NCBI GenBank assembly: GCA_038087875.1
Contig: CM075989.1
Span: forward strand, 22,508,001-22,572,000
Length of the DNA stretch: 64,000 nucleotides
Direction of reading: 5' to 3'
Origin: Malacoraja senta
Lineage: Eukaryota
Of this stretch, positions 38,045 through 50,944 are shown piece by piece; positions within the stretch are counted from its first letter, which is position 1; each line of letters begins with the position of its first letter. The notes beneath the pieces are model-generated. The model did not search any database, had not been told where the DNA came from, and was given only the letters and a program-made list of their open reading frames with translations. Both the position numbers and the translations under genes were made by a program.

Positions 38045-38410
38045 TTTACAGTTTAGTTTATAATCACATGTACCGAGGTACAGTGAAAAGCTTTTGTTGC
38101 GTGCTATCCAGTCAGCGGGAAGACAACACAATTACAATTTACAGCGTATAGATACACGAAGTTAGACAAAAGTGCTGGAGAAACTCAGCGGGTGAGGCAG
38201 CATTTATGGAGCGAAGGAAATAGGCAACGTTTCTGGCCGAAACCTTTCTTCAGACATATAGATATACAAGAAGGGAATAACATTTAGTGCAAGGTAAAGC
38301 CAGCAAAGTTTGATCAAGGATAGTCCGAGGGTCATCAATGAGGTAGATAGTAGTTCAGGATTGCTCTCTTATTGTGGTAGGATGATTCAGTTGCCTGATA
38401 ACAGCTGCAC
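38045..38410 (-). mobile_element. Rex1/Babar 3' fragment with nested PLE unit (about 38161-38255)
   Basis: Family match; TATAGATA-like duplication flanks the insert. Confidence 0.75.
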
Positions 38411-39327
38411 ATGCACTGGGGTACGGTTAAAAAATCTTTTGTTTGCATGCTGTCCATTAAAAGCAAATAATACTTCTACATGAATACAACCAAGCCCAAC
38501 ATATGTATACGGGTGAAGCAAGGAGAAAGGGACCAGACACCAGAATATAATTTCTCAGCATTGTACCATAACAGTTCCATAGAAAAAGTCCAATGTCCGC
38601 AATGAGGCAGCTTGGAATATTGTGACTGTATCTTAGCTTATGTGAAGTAGAAATTCTTTAAAAAATCAATTGTGCTCAATGGACTAGCTATCTGCGGTCA
38701 ATTTTATTCTTGATGTAAACGAATCATCAGAATTCCTTAGTCCCATATGATTTTTGAATAAATTGAGAGCAGAGGAAATCTTCCAAAGACTGTAAGACTG
38801 TACATGTAACTTCACCAGACAATCCGTTGGAGAAAAATAATAGGTAACGTTTCAGGTTGACCTGAATCGGCACCTATTCTTTTTCTCCATAGATGCTGCC
38901 TGGTCCACTGAGTTATGGAGCATTTTGCAGGGTGGTGAATCTGTGGAATTCTTTGCCACAGAAGGCCGTGGAGGCCAAGTCAGTGGATATTTTTAAGGCA
39001 GAGATAGTTAGATTCTAGATTAGTACGGGTGTCAGAGGTTATGGGGAGAAGGAAGGAGAATGGAGTTAGGAGGGAGAGATAGATTAGCCATGATTGAATG
39101 GTGGAGTAGACTTGATGGGCTGAATGGCCTAATTCTGCTTCTATCACTTACAATCTTTTGATTTTGTGGCTATCTTTGGTGTAAACCAGCATCTGCAGTT
39201 CCTTCCTACACACACGAGACAACCCTGTTCAGTTCCATAATTGTTTAATGCCAGTATACTGGAATCAGTTTATTCAACTCATTTAGCAATTTGCATTTAC
39301 CAAGCAGTACAGGCACAATAAAAAACA

Positions 39328-39895
39328 GGGGTGGCACAGTGGTGCAGTGGTAGAGCTGCTGCCTCACAGCGCCAGAGACCCGGGTTCGATCTTGTCAACG
39401 GGCGCTGCTCTTACGGAGTTTGTACCTTTTCCCTGTGACCACGTGAGATTTCTCCTGGGTGCTCCGGTTTCCTTCCACATTCCAAAAACGTTCAGCTTTG
39501 CAGATTAATTGCCTTCTGTAAATTGTTTCCAGTGTGTGTAGGATTCAGATTCAGATTCAGAAAACTTTATTGTCTGTCGTAACAGAAAATCTTCTTTGGC
39601 GTGGCTCAACATACAAACAGGACAATGTACTGATAAGCAGTCATACAACACAGATTTCTGCCAGCACACACCGTGTGTATAGATCTTAAAAGCAAGTATA
39701 AGGATTAAAAACTGTAAAAATAGACAAGATGAAAGTTGTGGATACGTGTAAAGTGACAGTGCGTCAGGGTTAATTTGTCCATTGTTCATTTTTTATTTAA
39801 GCTAGAACTAGTGTGAACAGCGAACGCTGGTCAGCATGGACTCGGTGAGGCCGAAGAGCCTGTTTCCACTCTGTATCTCTAAACTAGGCTAAACT
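39328..39895 (+). mobile_element. V-SINE interrupted by a minus-strand LINE-like 3' end (about 39543-39800, TCTGAA tail)
   Basis: SINE halves flank ATTCAGATTCAGATTCAGAAAACTTTATTG.... Confidence 0.75.
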
Positions 39896-40414
39896 TAAAA
39901 TTATACTTTTCAAAACTCTTCATCAAAGAATAATTAATTATAAAAAACCCTGAAGTAGACTCTTGTTTTGTCCACAACAAGTAGAATCACAAATCTTCTC
40001 ACAAGCTTTGTCAGCAAGGCAGGGAACAATCGCACGTTTGTCAGCAAAGACTAGTTTATAAAATGTTGTTTCCAAACGGCCTGTGATGTGAAAGTTGATT
40101 GTGCATCAGCCAACTAGTTCCGAGAAGTGCGAGCGTCTTGTATTCACCCCTGCCTTTGTATTTTGCAATAGCTTGCTTCTTAATGTTTTAAGTCATCGTG
40201 TTCAAAGATTGTTCGATGCGAATTCCACCAGATGAGAATCTTATTTAAGTATTTAAAGAAATATCTTGAGTCAATCGGCACATGTTTCAGGCGCCAATGT
40301 ACAAAGTGTACTGGGTCCTGCTAGGATTGAAGGTGTTGGCCCATACTCAATGATGGAACTTTTGTCTCTTGAAGTTTGTGGATCTAGGTTCCATATGATA
40401 GACTTGTTCACTTA

Positions 40415-41390
40415 AGTCCATAAGTCACAGAAGTAGAAGTAGGCGATTCAACTCATCGAGTCTACTCCGCCATTCAATCGTAGCTGATCTATCTTTCCCG
40501 CTCATCCCCATTCTCCTGCCTTCTCCTCATAACCTTTGAGACCTGTACTAGTCAAGAACTTGCCAATCTCCGCTTTAAAAATACCCAATGACTTGGCCTC
40601 AACAGACATCTGTGGCAATGAATTCCACAGATTTACCACCGTCTGGATAAAGAAATTACTCCTCATCTCTTTTCTAAAGCTACGTCCTTTTATACTGAGG
40701 CCAAGGCCTCTGGTTCTAGACTCTTCCACTAGTGGAAACATCCTCTCCACATCCACTCTATCCCGGTCTTTCACCTGGATATGTCTCAATGAGATCCTCC
40801 CTCATCCTTTTAAACTCCAGTGAGTACAGGCCCAATGCCTACTAACGCCCTTCATATGTTAACTCAGTCATCCCTGGGATCATTCTTGTAAGACCCTCTC
40901 CAATGCCAGCACATCCTTCCTCAGATATGCGGCCCAAAACTGCTCACAATACTCCAAATGCGGACTGATCAGTGCCTTATAAAGCTTCTGCATTGTAAGT
41001 TGTAAATGGAGCCATGAAGTTCATAGATCCCATTCCTGGGTCAGGGCTACCCTCCCTAGAGATTAGTTCTTATAGAGTCATAGAATCATACAGTGATACA
41101 GTGTGGAAACAGGCCCTTCGGCCCAACTTGCCCACACCAACCAACATATCCCATCTATACTAGTCCCACCTGCTGCTGTCTGGCCCATATGCCTCTAAAC
41201 CTGTCCTATCCATGTACCTGTCTGATTGTTTCTTAAATGTTGCAATAGCCCCTGCCTCAACTACCTCCTCTGGCAGCTTGTTACATACACTCAACACCTT
41301 TGTGTGAATAAGGCACCCCTCAGATTCCAATTAAATCTCCCCCCCACCCCCTCACCATAAAACCATGACCTCTGGTTCTCGATTCTTACT
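40415..41390 (-). mobile_element. Two CR1 3' fragments (about 40415-40995 and 41073-41390)
   Basis: DRVDVERMFPLVEESRTRG...FFIQTVVNLWNSLPQ; the second fragment matches the 3031 family. Confidence 0.85.
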
Positions 41391-42360
41391 TAATCTTTAA
41401 CTTTTAGTTATTTTGGATGTCCACTCTGCATTTGGCCAAGACAGAGAGAGAAAAAATAACTGGCCTTCTTAAAGTTATGAAAGCACCACTTCCCTTTCAC
41501 CTTGGCAAGACACCCAAATAGAAAATTTGTCCAAAAGCTGTTTAACAAGGCAATTGTAATTTGCCATATCAATATGCATTGGACACATCATTAAAGTTAT
41601 TGTTCTAGACCTCTCTACATCATCGTCTATATCTCTCATTTCCTGTTCCCGTGACTTTCAGTCTGAAAAAGGGTCTCGACCCGAAACGCCACCCATTCCT
41701 TCTCTCCAGAGATGCTGCCTGACCCGCTGAGTTACTCCAGCTTTCTCAGTCTAAGCTGTTTAAACCAGCATCTGCAGTTCCTTCCCCCACATCATTGAGG
41801 TAGTAATCAGTCTGTTATCACATAGAAATTAGGATGAATTATATAAGGTTTAAGAAGGAACTGCAGATGCTGGAAAATCGAAGGTAGACAAAAATGCTGG
41901 AGAAACTCAGAGGGTGAGGCAGCATCTATGGAGCGAAGGAATAGGCAACATTTCGGGCCGAACCCCTTCTTTAATTATATAAGGGCTGTGTATTGAATAT
42001 CTTTATCCTGAAACACAAGTCAGAATTGAGTGTGATGTATGTTGTTCTGCCCCCTCATTGTGATAATAATCTCCGCTGTTGTTTAAAGCCCGTATTGCCC
42101 AATGATTCCATATGATTCATTGACTACAATACGGAAAGTTTAATTACAATAGGTACTGGAAATGGTTGTCACTGATATCACAGCGCCTGACAGGTTTAAT
42201 TGTGACAGGAATATCACCACATATCACAACAGGAATAACGTTTCCAGTGTAACGTGCAGACATATTCGCTCTGGTAATCCGGTGTGTGGCATTGCAGTAA
42301 TTTTGTTCAACAGCTGCTAATTATCGAACCTCGGCAACATAAAACATACAGCTGTGTCCT

Positions 42361-42651
42361 TTTTAGTTTTTTTAGTTTTGAGAGATGCAGCACTGAAACA
42401 GGCCCTTCGGCCCACCGAGTCCGCACTGACCAGCGGTCCCCGCACATTAACACTATTTATACCAAGCCAATTAACCTACAAACCGGTATGCCTTTGGAGT
42501 GTGGGAGGAAACCGAAAATCTCGGAGAAAACCCGTGCAGGTCATGGGGAGAACGTACAAACTCCGTACGGACAAGCACCCGTGGTCAGGATCGAACCCGG
42601 GTCTCTGGCGCTGTGAGGCAACAACTCTACCGCTGCGCCACCGTGCTGCCC
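42361..42651 (-). mobile_element. V-SINE full length
   Basis: Family match. Confidence 0.9.
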
Positions 42652-42884
42652 GTCGAATGATGCAAGACTACATTGGGTGTAGAGTATAACTTTCGGTCAT
42701 GGATTTTCTTGTGACTGCATTTGACAAGCCTGGTGTTCATTTAAGCAAGGGGTGGAAAGAAAACTGCAGAAATAGTTTATAGTCTATTATTGTCATGTGG
42801 ACTGAGGTACAGTGAAAATCATTTGTTTGCATGCTATCCAGTCCTATCTACTTAGCATCCCTTCGATGGTGGGGAGGTCAGTAT

Positions 42885-43545
42885 TTGTGTAGGGTGTCGG
42901 TTTACATCGAAGATAGACGCAAAATGCTGGAGCAACACAGCGGGACAGGCAGCATCTCTGGAGAGAAGGTGGGTGATGTTTCGGGTCGAGACCCTTTCTC
43001 GGTTTGGGAGTCATGGGAGAGGGAAACTAGAGATATCATCATCATCATCGTGGAAAACATCAAGGGGTGCCTTACAATGCTGGGTACGACAGTGATCGCA
43101 ACTTCTACTGAAGTGTGGATGGCCGTTGGCTCGCTAGGAGCTCATCCGCCCTTTGACACGTCTTGTTTTTGGTCCTGCTGGGGGTCCACAGCCCCCTCCT
43201 CACCTGGCGAACCAGGTGGGGGAGACGGTTTAGTCGCCGACTATCCGACCATGGAGCAGGTAGCACGGGATTACATGGTACCTGTGGCGGGGGGTACTCC
43301 CCCCGACCTGACTTTAGATATGGTGGGGTACAAAGTGCATGTAAGGTGTGAAAAGGACAGATCAAAGCAGACGATGATCAAGGAAATGTAGAACGGTTCA
43401 TTGTTGGCTGAGGGGAAGGTGACAACGAGGTATACAAACAGTAAAATTAATCAGGACAGTGAAACTAGTCGGAGAACTAGGGTGAGAGAGGGACGGAGAG
43501 AGAGGGAAAACAAGGGTTATTTGAATTTAGAGAAGTCAATATTCA
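42885..43545 (-). mobile_element. Penelope-like 3' part hosting the (ATG)n-tailed element
   Basis: PLE unit and 3' UTR on both sides of 43035-43312. Confidence 0.75.
43035..43312 (-). mobile_element. ~280-nt short retroposon with (ATG)n tail, copy 2
   Basis: Colinear with 21802-22097; AGATAT duplicated on both flanks inside the PLE host. Confidence 0.8.
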
Positions 43546-44829
43546 TCACAGTACCAATGTCCACCACTCTCTGCATTCTCCTTCATTCCTGGGTGTTCAA
43601 GTTGCTGACCCAGGCCATGATGCAGCCAGTCCATACGCACCCTACTATACACCTGCAGACCTTCAAGAGAATATTTGTCGACATACCGAATCTCCTCAAT
43701 CTTCTAGCAATGTAGAGGCATAGATGGGCATGCTTCGTGATTGTATCAGTGTGCTGAGCCCAGGACAGGTGTGACCCAGGTACCTGCAAGCATCTCTCTT
43801 TCCTCCTTTCCATAGAGTCATAGAGTGATACAGCATGGAAACAGGCCCTTCGGCCCAACTGGCCCAACATATCCCATCTGCACTAGTCCCACCTGCCTGC
43901 GTTTGGCTGTGGTTTTCTACCTCATTAAGTTTGATTTCTTGCTAATTGTAACAAAGGGTATTTGTACATTGATAAACACAAAAAGCTGGAGTGACTCAGC
44001 GGGTCAGGCAGCATCTCTAGAGAGAAGGAATGGGTGACGTTTCGTGTCGAGACCTTTCTTCAGACTGATACACTTGCATTTGTCTCTTTCCTCCTACGCC
44101 ATTTCCTCCTACGTCATTTTGGTATAGAAGTTTGAAAATTGTAATTGAAGCCGATCTTTGCTCGTTACCCTGACATTTTGTGTTTCATCCTCCGGACTGC
44201 TGTTCATCATTTCATTGGAAGGCAAAGAAAACAAAACTGAGCATTTTTGGGAAGGTTTTTGGAAATTCCTTTCTCGGTCCCATAGCTGTCTCTGACACAT
44301 CATCCAGCATACTTACCCTAAGCCCATTGACACCAATGTGACCAGATTCCATTTTTAGACCATTACATATCATATGGTGTCTGCAACCCAGTTAAATGCT
44401 TGCTCGGGAATTAGGAAGTGGTTTAGATGAGCCCTGCAGTGGTACTTTGCATACTTTAGTTTAAAAAAAACACTCATCCCCTTTTTTGCATTTTGGTATT
44501 TGCTCAAGTTTCCGAAGAAATATTTCTTAAAAATTACATTTTGAGCAACATCGAAAATTTCTGCGAGCACGGAACACGGATATTTCTGTGGAAACAGATC
44601 ACAAAACTCAAAATGGAGAAAATATTTACGAGGATGTTGCCAGGACTCGATGGCCTGAGCTAGAGGTAGAGGTTGGTAGGCCAAGACATTAATCCTTGGA
44701 GCGCAGGTGGCTGAGGAGAGGTCTTATAGAGGTGTATGAAATAAAGAGGGGAATTACTAGGGTGAATGCACAAGGTTTTTTACCCAGGATAGGAGTGTCA
44801 AGAACCAGAGTTCTCCAAACAGATTCTTG

Positions 44830-45065
44830 AGGGCCTGTCCCACTTACCCGATTTTTTCGGCGACTTGCCGGCACCCGTCATGGTCGCAGCAGGTTGCCGA
44901 AAATTTTCAAAATGTGAAAAATCCAGTGGCGACCAGAAAAAGGTACGACTCTTTGGACCACTACTCACGACCATACAGGAAACATGTCGCGGGGTGACGC
45001 CTGTATGGTCGTCAGTAGTGTGCCGGCAAGTCGCCGAAAAAAATCGCACAAGTGGGACAGGCCCT
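44830..45065. mobile_element. PIF/Harbinger-like MITE
   Basis: TTG|AGGGCCTGTCCCACTT ... AAGTGGGACAGGCCCT|TTA. Confidence 0.85.
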
Positions 45066-45156
45066 TTAGCCTTTTCATTGAACCAAAGGAATTATGTGAT
45101 CGAAAAAAAATGAAACTAGTTAAGGACTGGGAGAAAGGCAAATGTGAATCTGAAAT

Positions 45157-45468
45157 TTAGATTAGTTTAGTTTAGTTTAGAAATACAATGCGTAAACAGG
45201 CCCTTCGGCCCACTGAGTCCGTGCCGACCAGCGATCCCCGCACACTAACACTATCCTACACACACTAAGGACAATTTAAAATTATACCAAGTCATTTAGC
45301 CTACAAACCTGTACATCTTTGGAGAGCCGGGGGGAAACCGGAGCTCCCGGATAAAACCCACGCACGTCATGGGGAGAAAGTACAAAATCCGCACAGACAG
45401 CGCCCATAGTTGAGATTGAACCCGGGTCTCTGGCGCAGTGAGGCAGCAACTCTACCGCTGCACCACCC
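45157..45468 (-). mobile_element. V-SINE copy
   Basis: Family match. Confidence 0.85.
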
Positions 45469-46524
45469 TATTATTATTTTATTTAAATTATTCATCTAAA
45501 TTTTGTAATGTTTGAAAGTATTGACTTCCATTGCAATATTGAAGACTTAAAACAAAACAAAGATAAAAATAGTGAATATTGCTTTGATTCTAATAAAGAT
45601 TGGGTAAACACAGACCCCACACTGGTGTTTATTGAGCTTTAGAGTGAAGGTTAGCATTGGTCCTGGTTTCAGATTCAAAGAATATCAATTGCATTGGCTT
45701 AAGCTGGTTAGAATACTGTATAAAACAGTTCGGTATTAAATGCATTCCTGTCAGAACATCAAGTATATTTAGAGATATTTTTGACAGAAACTGAAGACCT
45801 TGGCATTTTTTACAGATGAGTGAACTTATTCCATTGTTAGTCTTGCAAACAGCTTGTCACAAAATACTTGTTTTCAATTCTTGAAATTTAAGATGGTCGC
45901 AATATAATGACTCAATAACTAATTATGTGCCAAATATTTTTAATTACGTGCCAGATATTTTAATTGCATGCCATAACAGCGAAATTAATTATTTGAAAAA
46001 AAGACACCAGTTTTGAAAGTTTAAGTATTATGAAAGAACTAATCCACGACTTTTTGAAGCATAATTCACACAGGCAATTAAAACGTTTACTTTCGTTATA
46101 GATGAAGACTATCGTTAGGAGCACGGTACAATTTTGTTACAATTTGTTTATTTGTCTTTTGGACAAATTTGTCATTATTGTCATCACGGTAGGTGATGGG
46201 ACTGTGTATTGTCTTTCACATGGAAGATTCTAGAACAATTTCATCGTCTGACAGAATGAATGAATGAATGAATAATAAATAAATGAATACGTTTATTGGC
46301 CAAGTATTCACATACAAGGAATTTGCCTTGGTGCTCCACCCGCAAGTGACAACATGACATACAGTGACAGTTAGGAATGACACATAAAACATTAAACATT
46401 AATAATAAAACATTCGATTAAACATGTGAACATGCGAAAGCGAAGCTTAATTTAGGATCTTCTAATGCGTCAAATGATGATTTCACTTTGAGGATGTTCG
46501 GTATCAAATATTAATGAGATTTTT

Positions 46525-46728
46525 GGGTAGACAAAAATGCTGGAGAAACTTAGCGGGTGAGGCAGCATCTATGGAGCGAAGGAAAATAGGCACGGTTTCA
46601 GGTCGAAGGGATTCGACCAGAAACGTTGCCTATTTCCTTCGCTCCACAGATGCTGCCTCACCCGCTGAGTTTCTCCAGCATTTTTGTCTACCTTTGATTT
46701 TTCCAGCATCTGCAGTACCTTCTTAAAC
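46525..46728. mobile_element. Fold-back Penelope-like fragment with perfect 14-bp TSD
   Basis: TTAATGAGATTTTT at 46511-24 and 46729-42. Confidence 0.85.
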
Positions 46729-47058
46729 TTAATGAGATTTTTCTTTATTTGAATAGTTGACTGTGTGTTTAGAAAAAAAACGCACAAATTCAATGCACGT
46801 GCTTTCCATTGAGTAAATAAAACATTTATCTTTAGTTTAATCCTGCAAAATGTAAGGGGAAAATATACAATTAATGGCATGATACCATAAGGTCAACAAA
46901 ACCTCGGTACAGGTGACAATAAACTGAACAGACTCAAACTAAACTCCTTGCTGGTACCAGTTTATTTCCACCTTTGAGTGAAGTGCCATCGAACTTCACC
47001 CACTGATACCAATGCAGGAACCTTGACAACTTTGTGCAGCCTAATTATTTACATTTTT

Positions 47059-47969
47059 TTTAGTTTAGTTCAGATTAGAGTTACAGCATGGAAACAGGCC
47101 CTTCGGCCCACTGAGTCTGTACTGACCGCTGCACATTAACACTATCCTACACACACTAGGGACAATTTTACATTTACACCAAGCCAATTATCCTACAAAC
47201 CTGTATGTCTTTGGATTGTGGTAGGAAACTGAAGATCTCGGAGAAAACCCACGCAGGTCATGGGGAGAACGTACAAACTCCCTACAGACAGCACCCGTAG
47301 TCAGGATCAAACCCGGGTCTCTGGCGCTGTAATGCCCCTGTCCCACTTAGGAAACCTGAACGGAAACCTCTGGAGCCTTTGCGCCCCACCCAAGGTTTCC
47401 ATGCGGTTCCCGGAGGTTTTTGTCAGTCTCCCTAATGGTCGAAAGTGGTTTCAGCTTCTTCTATGTTCCGGCGATTATTTTCAAAAATTCAAAACCGGCC
47501 GCGACTAAAAATAGGTTGCCGTTTTAAAAATCGGTAATTTTTTAGTTGAAGCCGGTTGCGATGCTAGTTGAAGGTGGTTGCCGGAGGTTGCAGGTAGTGG
47601 AAGGTAAGACCTCCCTGGTGGAATAAAACTGGGTGAAAAAAAGGTCTTACCTTCCACTACCTGCAACCTCCGGCAACCACCTTCAACTAGCATCGCAACC
47701 GGCTTCAACTAAAAAATTATTGATTTTTAAAACAGCAACCTATATTTAGTCGCGGCCGGTTTTGAATTTTTTGAAATAATCGCCGGAACATAGAAGAAGC
47801 GGAAACCACTTTCGACCATCAGGGAGACTGACAAAAACCTCCGGGAACCTCCAGGAACCGCACGGAAACCTTGGGTGGGCGCAAAGTCTCCAGAGGGTTT
47901 CCGTTCAGGTTTCCTAAGTGGGACAGGGGCATAAGGCAGCAACTCTACCGCTGCGCCACCGTGCTGCCC
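47059..47969 (-). mobile_element. V-SINE interrupted by a 599-bp palindromic MITE
   Basis: SINE GGCGCTGTAAGGCAGC split at TAA. Confidence 0.9.
47333..47931. mobile_element. Palindromic (fold-back) PIF/Harbinger-like MITE
   Basis: TAA|TGCCCCTGTCCCACTTAGGAAACC ... GGTTTCCTAAGTGGGACAGGGGCA|TAA; about 280-bp inverted arms with a ~29-nt spacer. Confidence 0.92.
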
Positions 47970-48304
47970 AAATGGTGGCTGGAGCAACGTATGGTAACTC
48001 TTCTTTCATTGTCAGATGTCTTAGTAGGAGAGGGCAATGTTATGAGTGCCTGACATCACTTCAGAGAGAAGAGCAGAGTGCCGTCCTCCATTCTACAACA
48101 GGGCATTGTGTTGCATAATCACAGGTAAGAGCTAAGATGGGCTGCACAATTGCTTCTCTTTATCCCTGTGGAGCAGAGAGCACTTGCTATAATTTGGCTT
48201 CATGGTGGGAACCAAAGTGGATGAAGGAAAGTGTAGGAAGGAACTGCAGATGCTGGTTTTAACCAAATATGGATGAAGGAAAACTGCCTTCAAAGTTCCT
48301 AAAA

Positions 48305-48600
48305 AGTACAGTTTAGTTTATTGTCACGTGTACCGAGGTACAGTTTAAAGCTTTTGTTGTGTGCTAACCAGTCAGCGGAAAGACAAAAGTGCTGGAGAAA
48401 CTCAGCGGGTGCAGCAGCATCTATGGAGCAAAGGAAATAGGCAACGTTTCGGGCCGAAACGTTGCATATTTCCTTCGCTCCATAGATGCTGCTGCACCCG
48501 CTGAGTTTCTCCAGCATTTTTGTCTACCTTCGATTTTCCAGCATCTGCAGTTTCCTTCTTAAACAGCGGAAAGACAATACATGATTACAATCGAGCTATA
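48305..48600 (-). mobile_element. Rex1 3' UTR with nested fold-back PLE (48387-48563)
   Basis: 14-bp TSD CAGCGGAAAGACAA at 48373-86 and 48564-77. Confidence 0.85.
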
Positions 48601-48987
48601 TAGCATTTCCACCAAATATATTTCAGGTTTCACAACCAGCTTAACCATTGATGTGCTGAGAGTGTTTTTGGACCAGTTATGTTTGGGGCCACAGACACAA
48701 ACCCTAATTAGCAGACAGTCATTTTCTGCATGAAACTGCAGTAGTTTAATTTGTTTAGTTTAGAGATACAGCACGGAAACAGGCCTGTGAGGTCCTCCTC
48801 CCCACTGGTGGAGGGGTAGACCCCACGGCCCTCGACAACAGCACATTGAACTGGCCATAGCGCCTGGAGGCCGTTGCATAACCTCTCCTGCCTCAAGCGC
48901 AAGTAGAAGTAGGAAGGAGAAGGAAGGAGAAGGAAGGAGAGTGTTGGGATTGGTTCTTTTCCACTGAGATGCCTTTGTCCCTAATGG

Positions 48988-49315
48988 TCCCAATGTTGGC
49001 GAGTCCAGAACCAGGGGCCACAGTCTTAGAATAAAGGGGAGGTCATTTAAGACTGAGGTGAGAAAAAACATTTTCACCCAGAGAGTTGTGAATTTATGGA
49101 ATTCCCTGCCACAGAGGGCAGTGGAGGCCAAGCCACTGGATGGATTTTAGAGAGAGTTAGATAGAGCTCTAGGGGCTAGTGGAGTCAAGGGATATGGGGA
49201 GAAGTCAGGCACGGGTTATTGATTGGGGATGATCAGCCATGATCACAATGAATGGCGGTGCTGGCTCGAAGTGCCGAATGGCCTCCTCCTGCACCTATTT
49301 TCTATGTTTCTATGT
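48988..49315 (+). mobile_element. CR1 LINE 3' fragment
   Basis: ESRTRGHSLRIKGRSFKTEVRKNIFTQRVVNLWNSLP. Confidence 0.9.
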
Positions 49316-50591
49316 CCCTCTACCTCACTGGGAGTCAGATTATCTTCCTCTTCCTCAGAGGGGATGTGAGCAATGATCATCACTTCAAGGCTCTCTACAC
49401 TTTAAACATGGCATCACGTGACAGACTCTTTTGTTCCGATTTACAAAAATGTTTATAGAAAATATCAACAATAAAGAGCCAAATAAACTATATGCACTTT
49501 GAGTTTCTTGTATCTCAAGTGCATGAATCTATACATCATGCAATAGCCTGTGGGAGGTTGAGTGTACTGGGCATATCCTTTACAATGCCTTTGTTCTTTG
49601 CCTAGTCTTGCAGCAATGCCAAAGGAGAGAGAAACTGAAGGTGTATCATCATTCAGTTTCACACTTGCTGCTGTAAACCCAGCAGTGGACATTGAACAAC
49701 ATTTAAATGTTAATAAGTTCATAAGTCATCGGAGCAGAATTAGGCCATTTGGACCATCAAGTCAACTTCGCTATTCAGTCATGGCAGATCTCTCTCAACC
49801 TCATTCTCCTGCCTTCTCCCCATAACCCCTGACACCCGTACTAATCGCGATCCATTAACTTGGCCTCCGCAGCCTTCTGTGGCAAAGGATTCCACAGATT
49901 CACCACACCCTCTGACTAAAGATATTCATCCTCTTCTCCTTTCTCAAAGTCCGTCCTTTTGTTCATAGGCATTGGCTCTGTTGTGGAACACCACCGAGGA
50001 ATATACACAATGGATACGCAAGGAACTGCAGATGCTGGAACCATGAGTGCAACACAAACTGCTGGAGAAGCTCAGCATCTGTGGAGGGAATGGACAGGGT
50101 GATATTTTGGTTTGGGACCCTTCTTCATACCAGTACTTGGTGCAATGGCAGAAACCCAAGTGGAGAGATGTCTGGTAATTCTATCATTAAAGCCTAGAAC
50201 AATGTTGATAGCTTAAACGTAATGCGGATATTGGTTTTGCCCGACCTTAACTTTGCAATTGGAGCATGGATATATTTAAGGCAGAGATAGATTGATACTT
50301 GATTAGTACAGGTGTCAGGAGTTATGGGGAGAAGGCAGGAGAATGGGGTTAGGAGGGAGAGATAGATCAGCCACGATTGAATGGCGGAGTAGACTTGATG
50401 GGCCGATTGACCTAATTCTGCTCCTGTCGCTTATGACCTTATGAGCAAGTGGTGCTTCTCAGTAAGAATTTTCGAACTGCAGCAGAAAGACTTTGCGCTG
50501 TGTTAGTGAGGTTGAGGAATGGTACAGTTCCTTCAACATCCTTCTTTATTCTGCGAGGCCTATTCTATCGACATACTGTTCGTGGTCTCAG

Positions 50592-50890
50592 ACACGGTGG
50601 CGCAGCGGTAGAGTTGCTGCCTTACAGCGAATGCAGCGCCGGAGACCCGGGTTCGATCCCGACTACGGGTGCTGTCTGTACGGAATTTGTACGTTCTCCC
50701 CGTGACCTGTGAGATTTTCGGTTTCCTCCCACATTCCAAAGACGTACAGGTTTGCAGGTTAATTGGCTTGCTAAATGTTAAAAATTGTCCCTAGTGTGTG
50801 TAGGATAGTGTTAATGTGCGGGGATCGCTGGTCGGCGCGGACCCGGTGGGCCGAAGGGCCAGTTTCAGCGCTGTATGTCTAAAACTAAAA
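50592..50890 (+). mobile_element. V-SINE copy (variant head CAGCGAATGCAGCGCC)
   Basis: Family match. Confidence 0.9.
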
Positions 50891-50944
50891 ACATACTGCC
50901 CTCCGAGGGGGGAAAGTCTACAACCAAACCCTTGTCTACAGGCT

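Noticed and set aside
43200..43312. HDV-like ribozyme in the (ATG)n-tailed element
   Set aside because: I could not map P1/P2/P3/L3 in the required order, despite a C(T)AA motif and several helices.
42831..43391. 186-aa ORF
   Set aside because: Reads through a PLE UTR and the antisense of the (ATG)n-tailed element; no protein signature.
50592..50670. tRNA gene
   Set aside because: A/B boxes belong to the V-SINE head, which continues into the V-domain; no complete cloverleaf.
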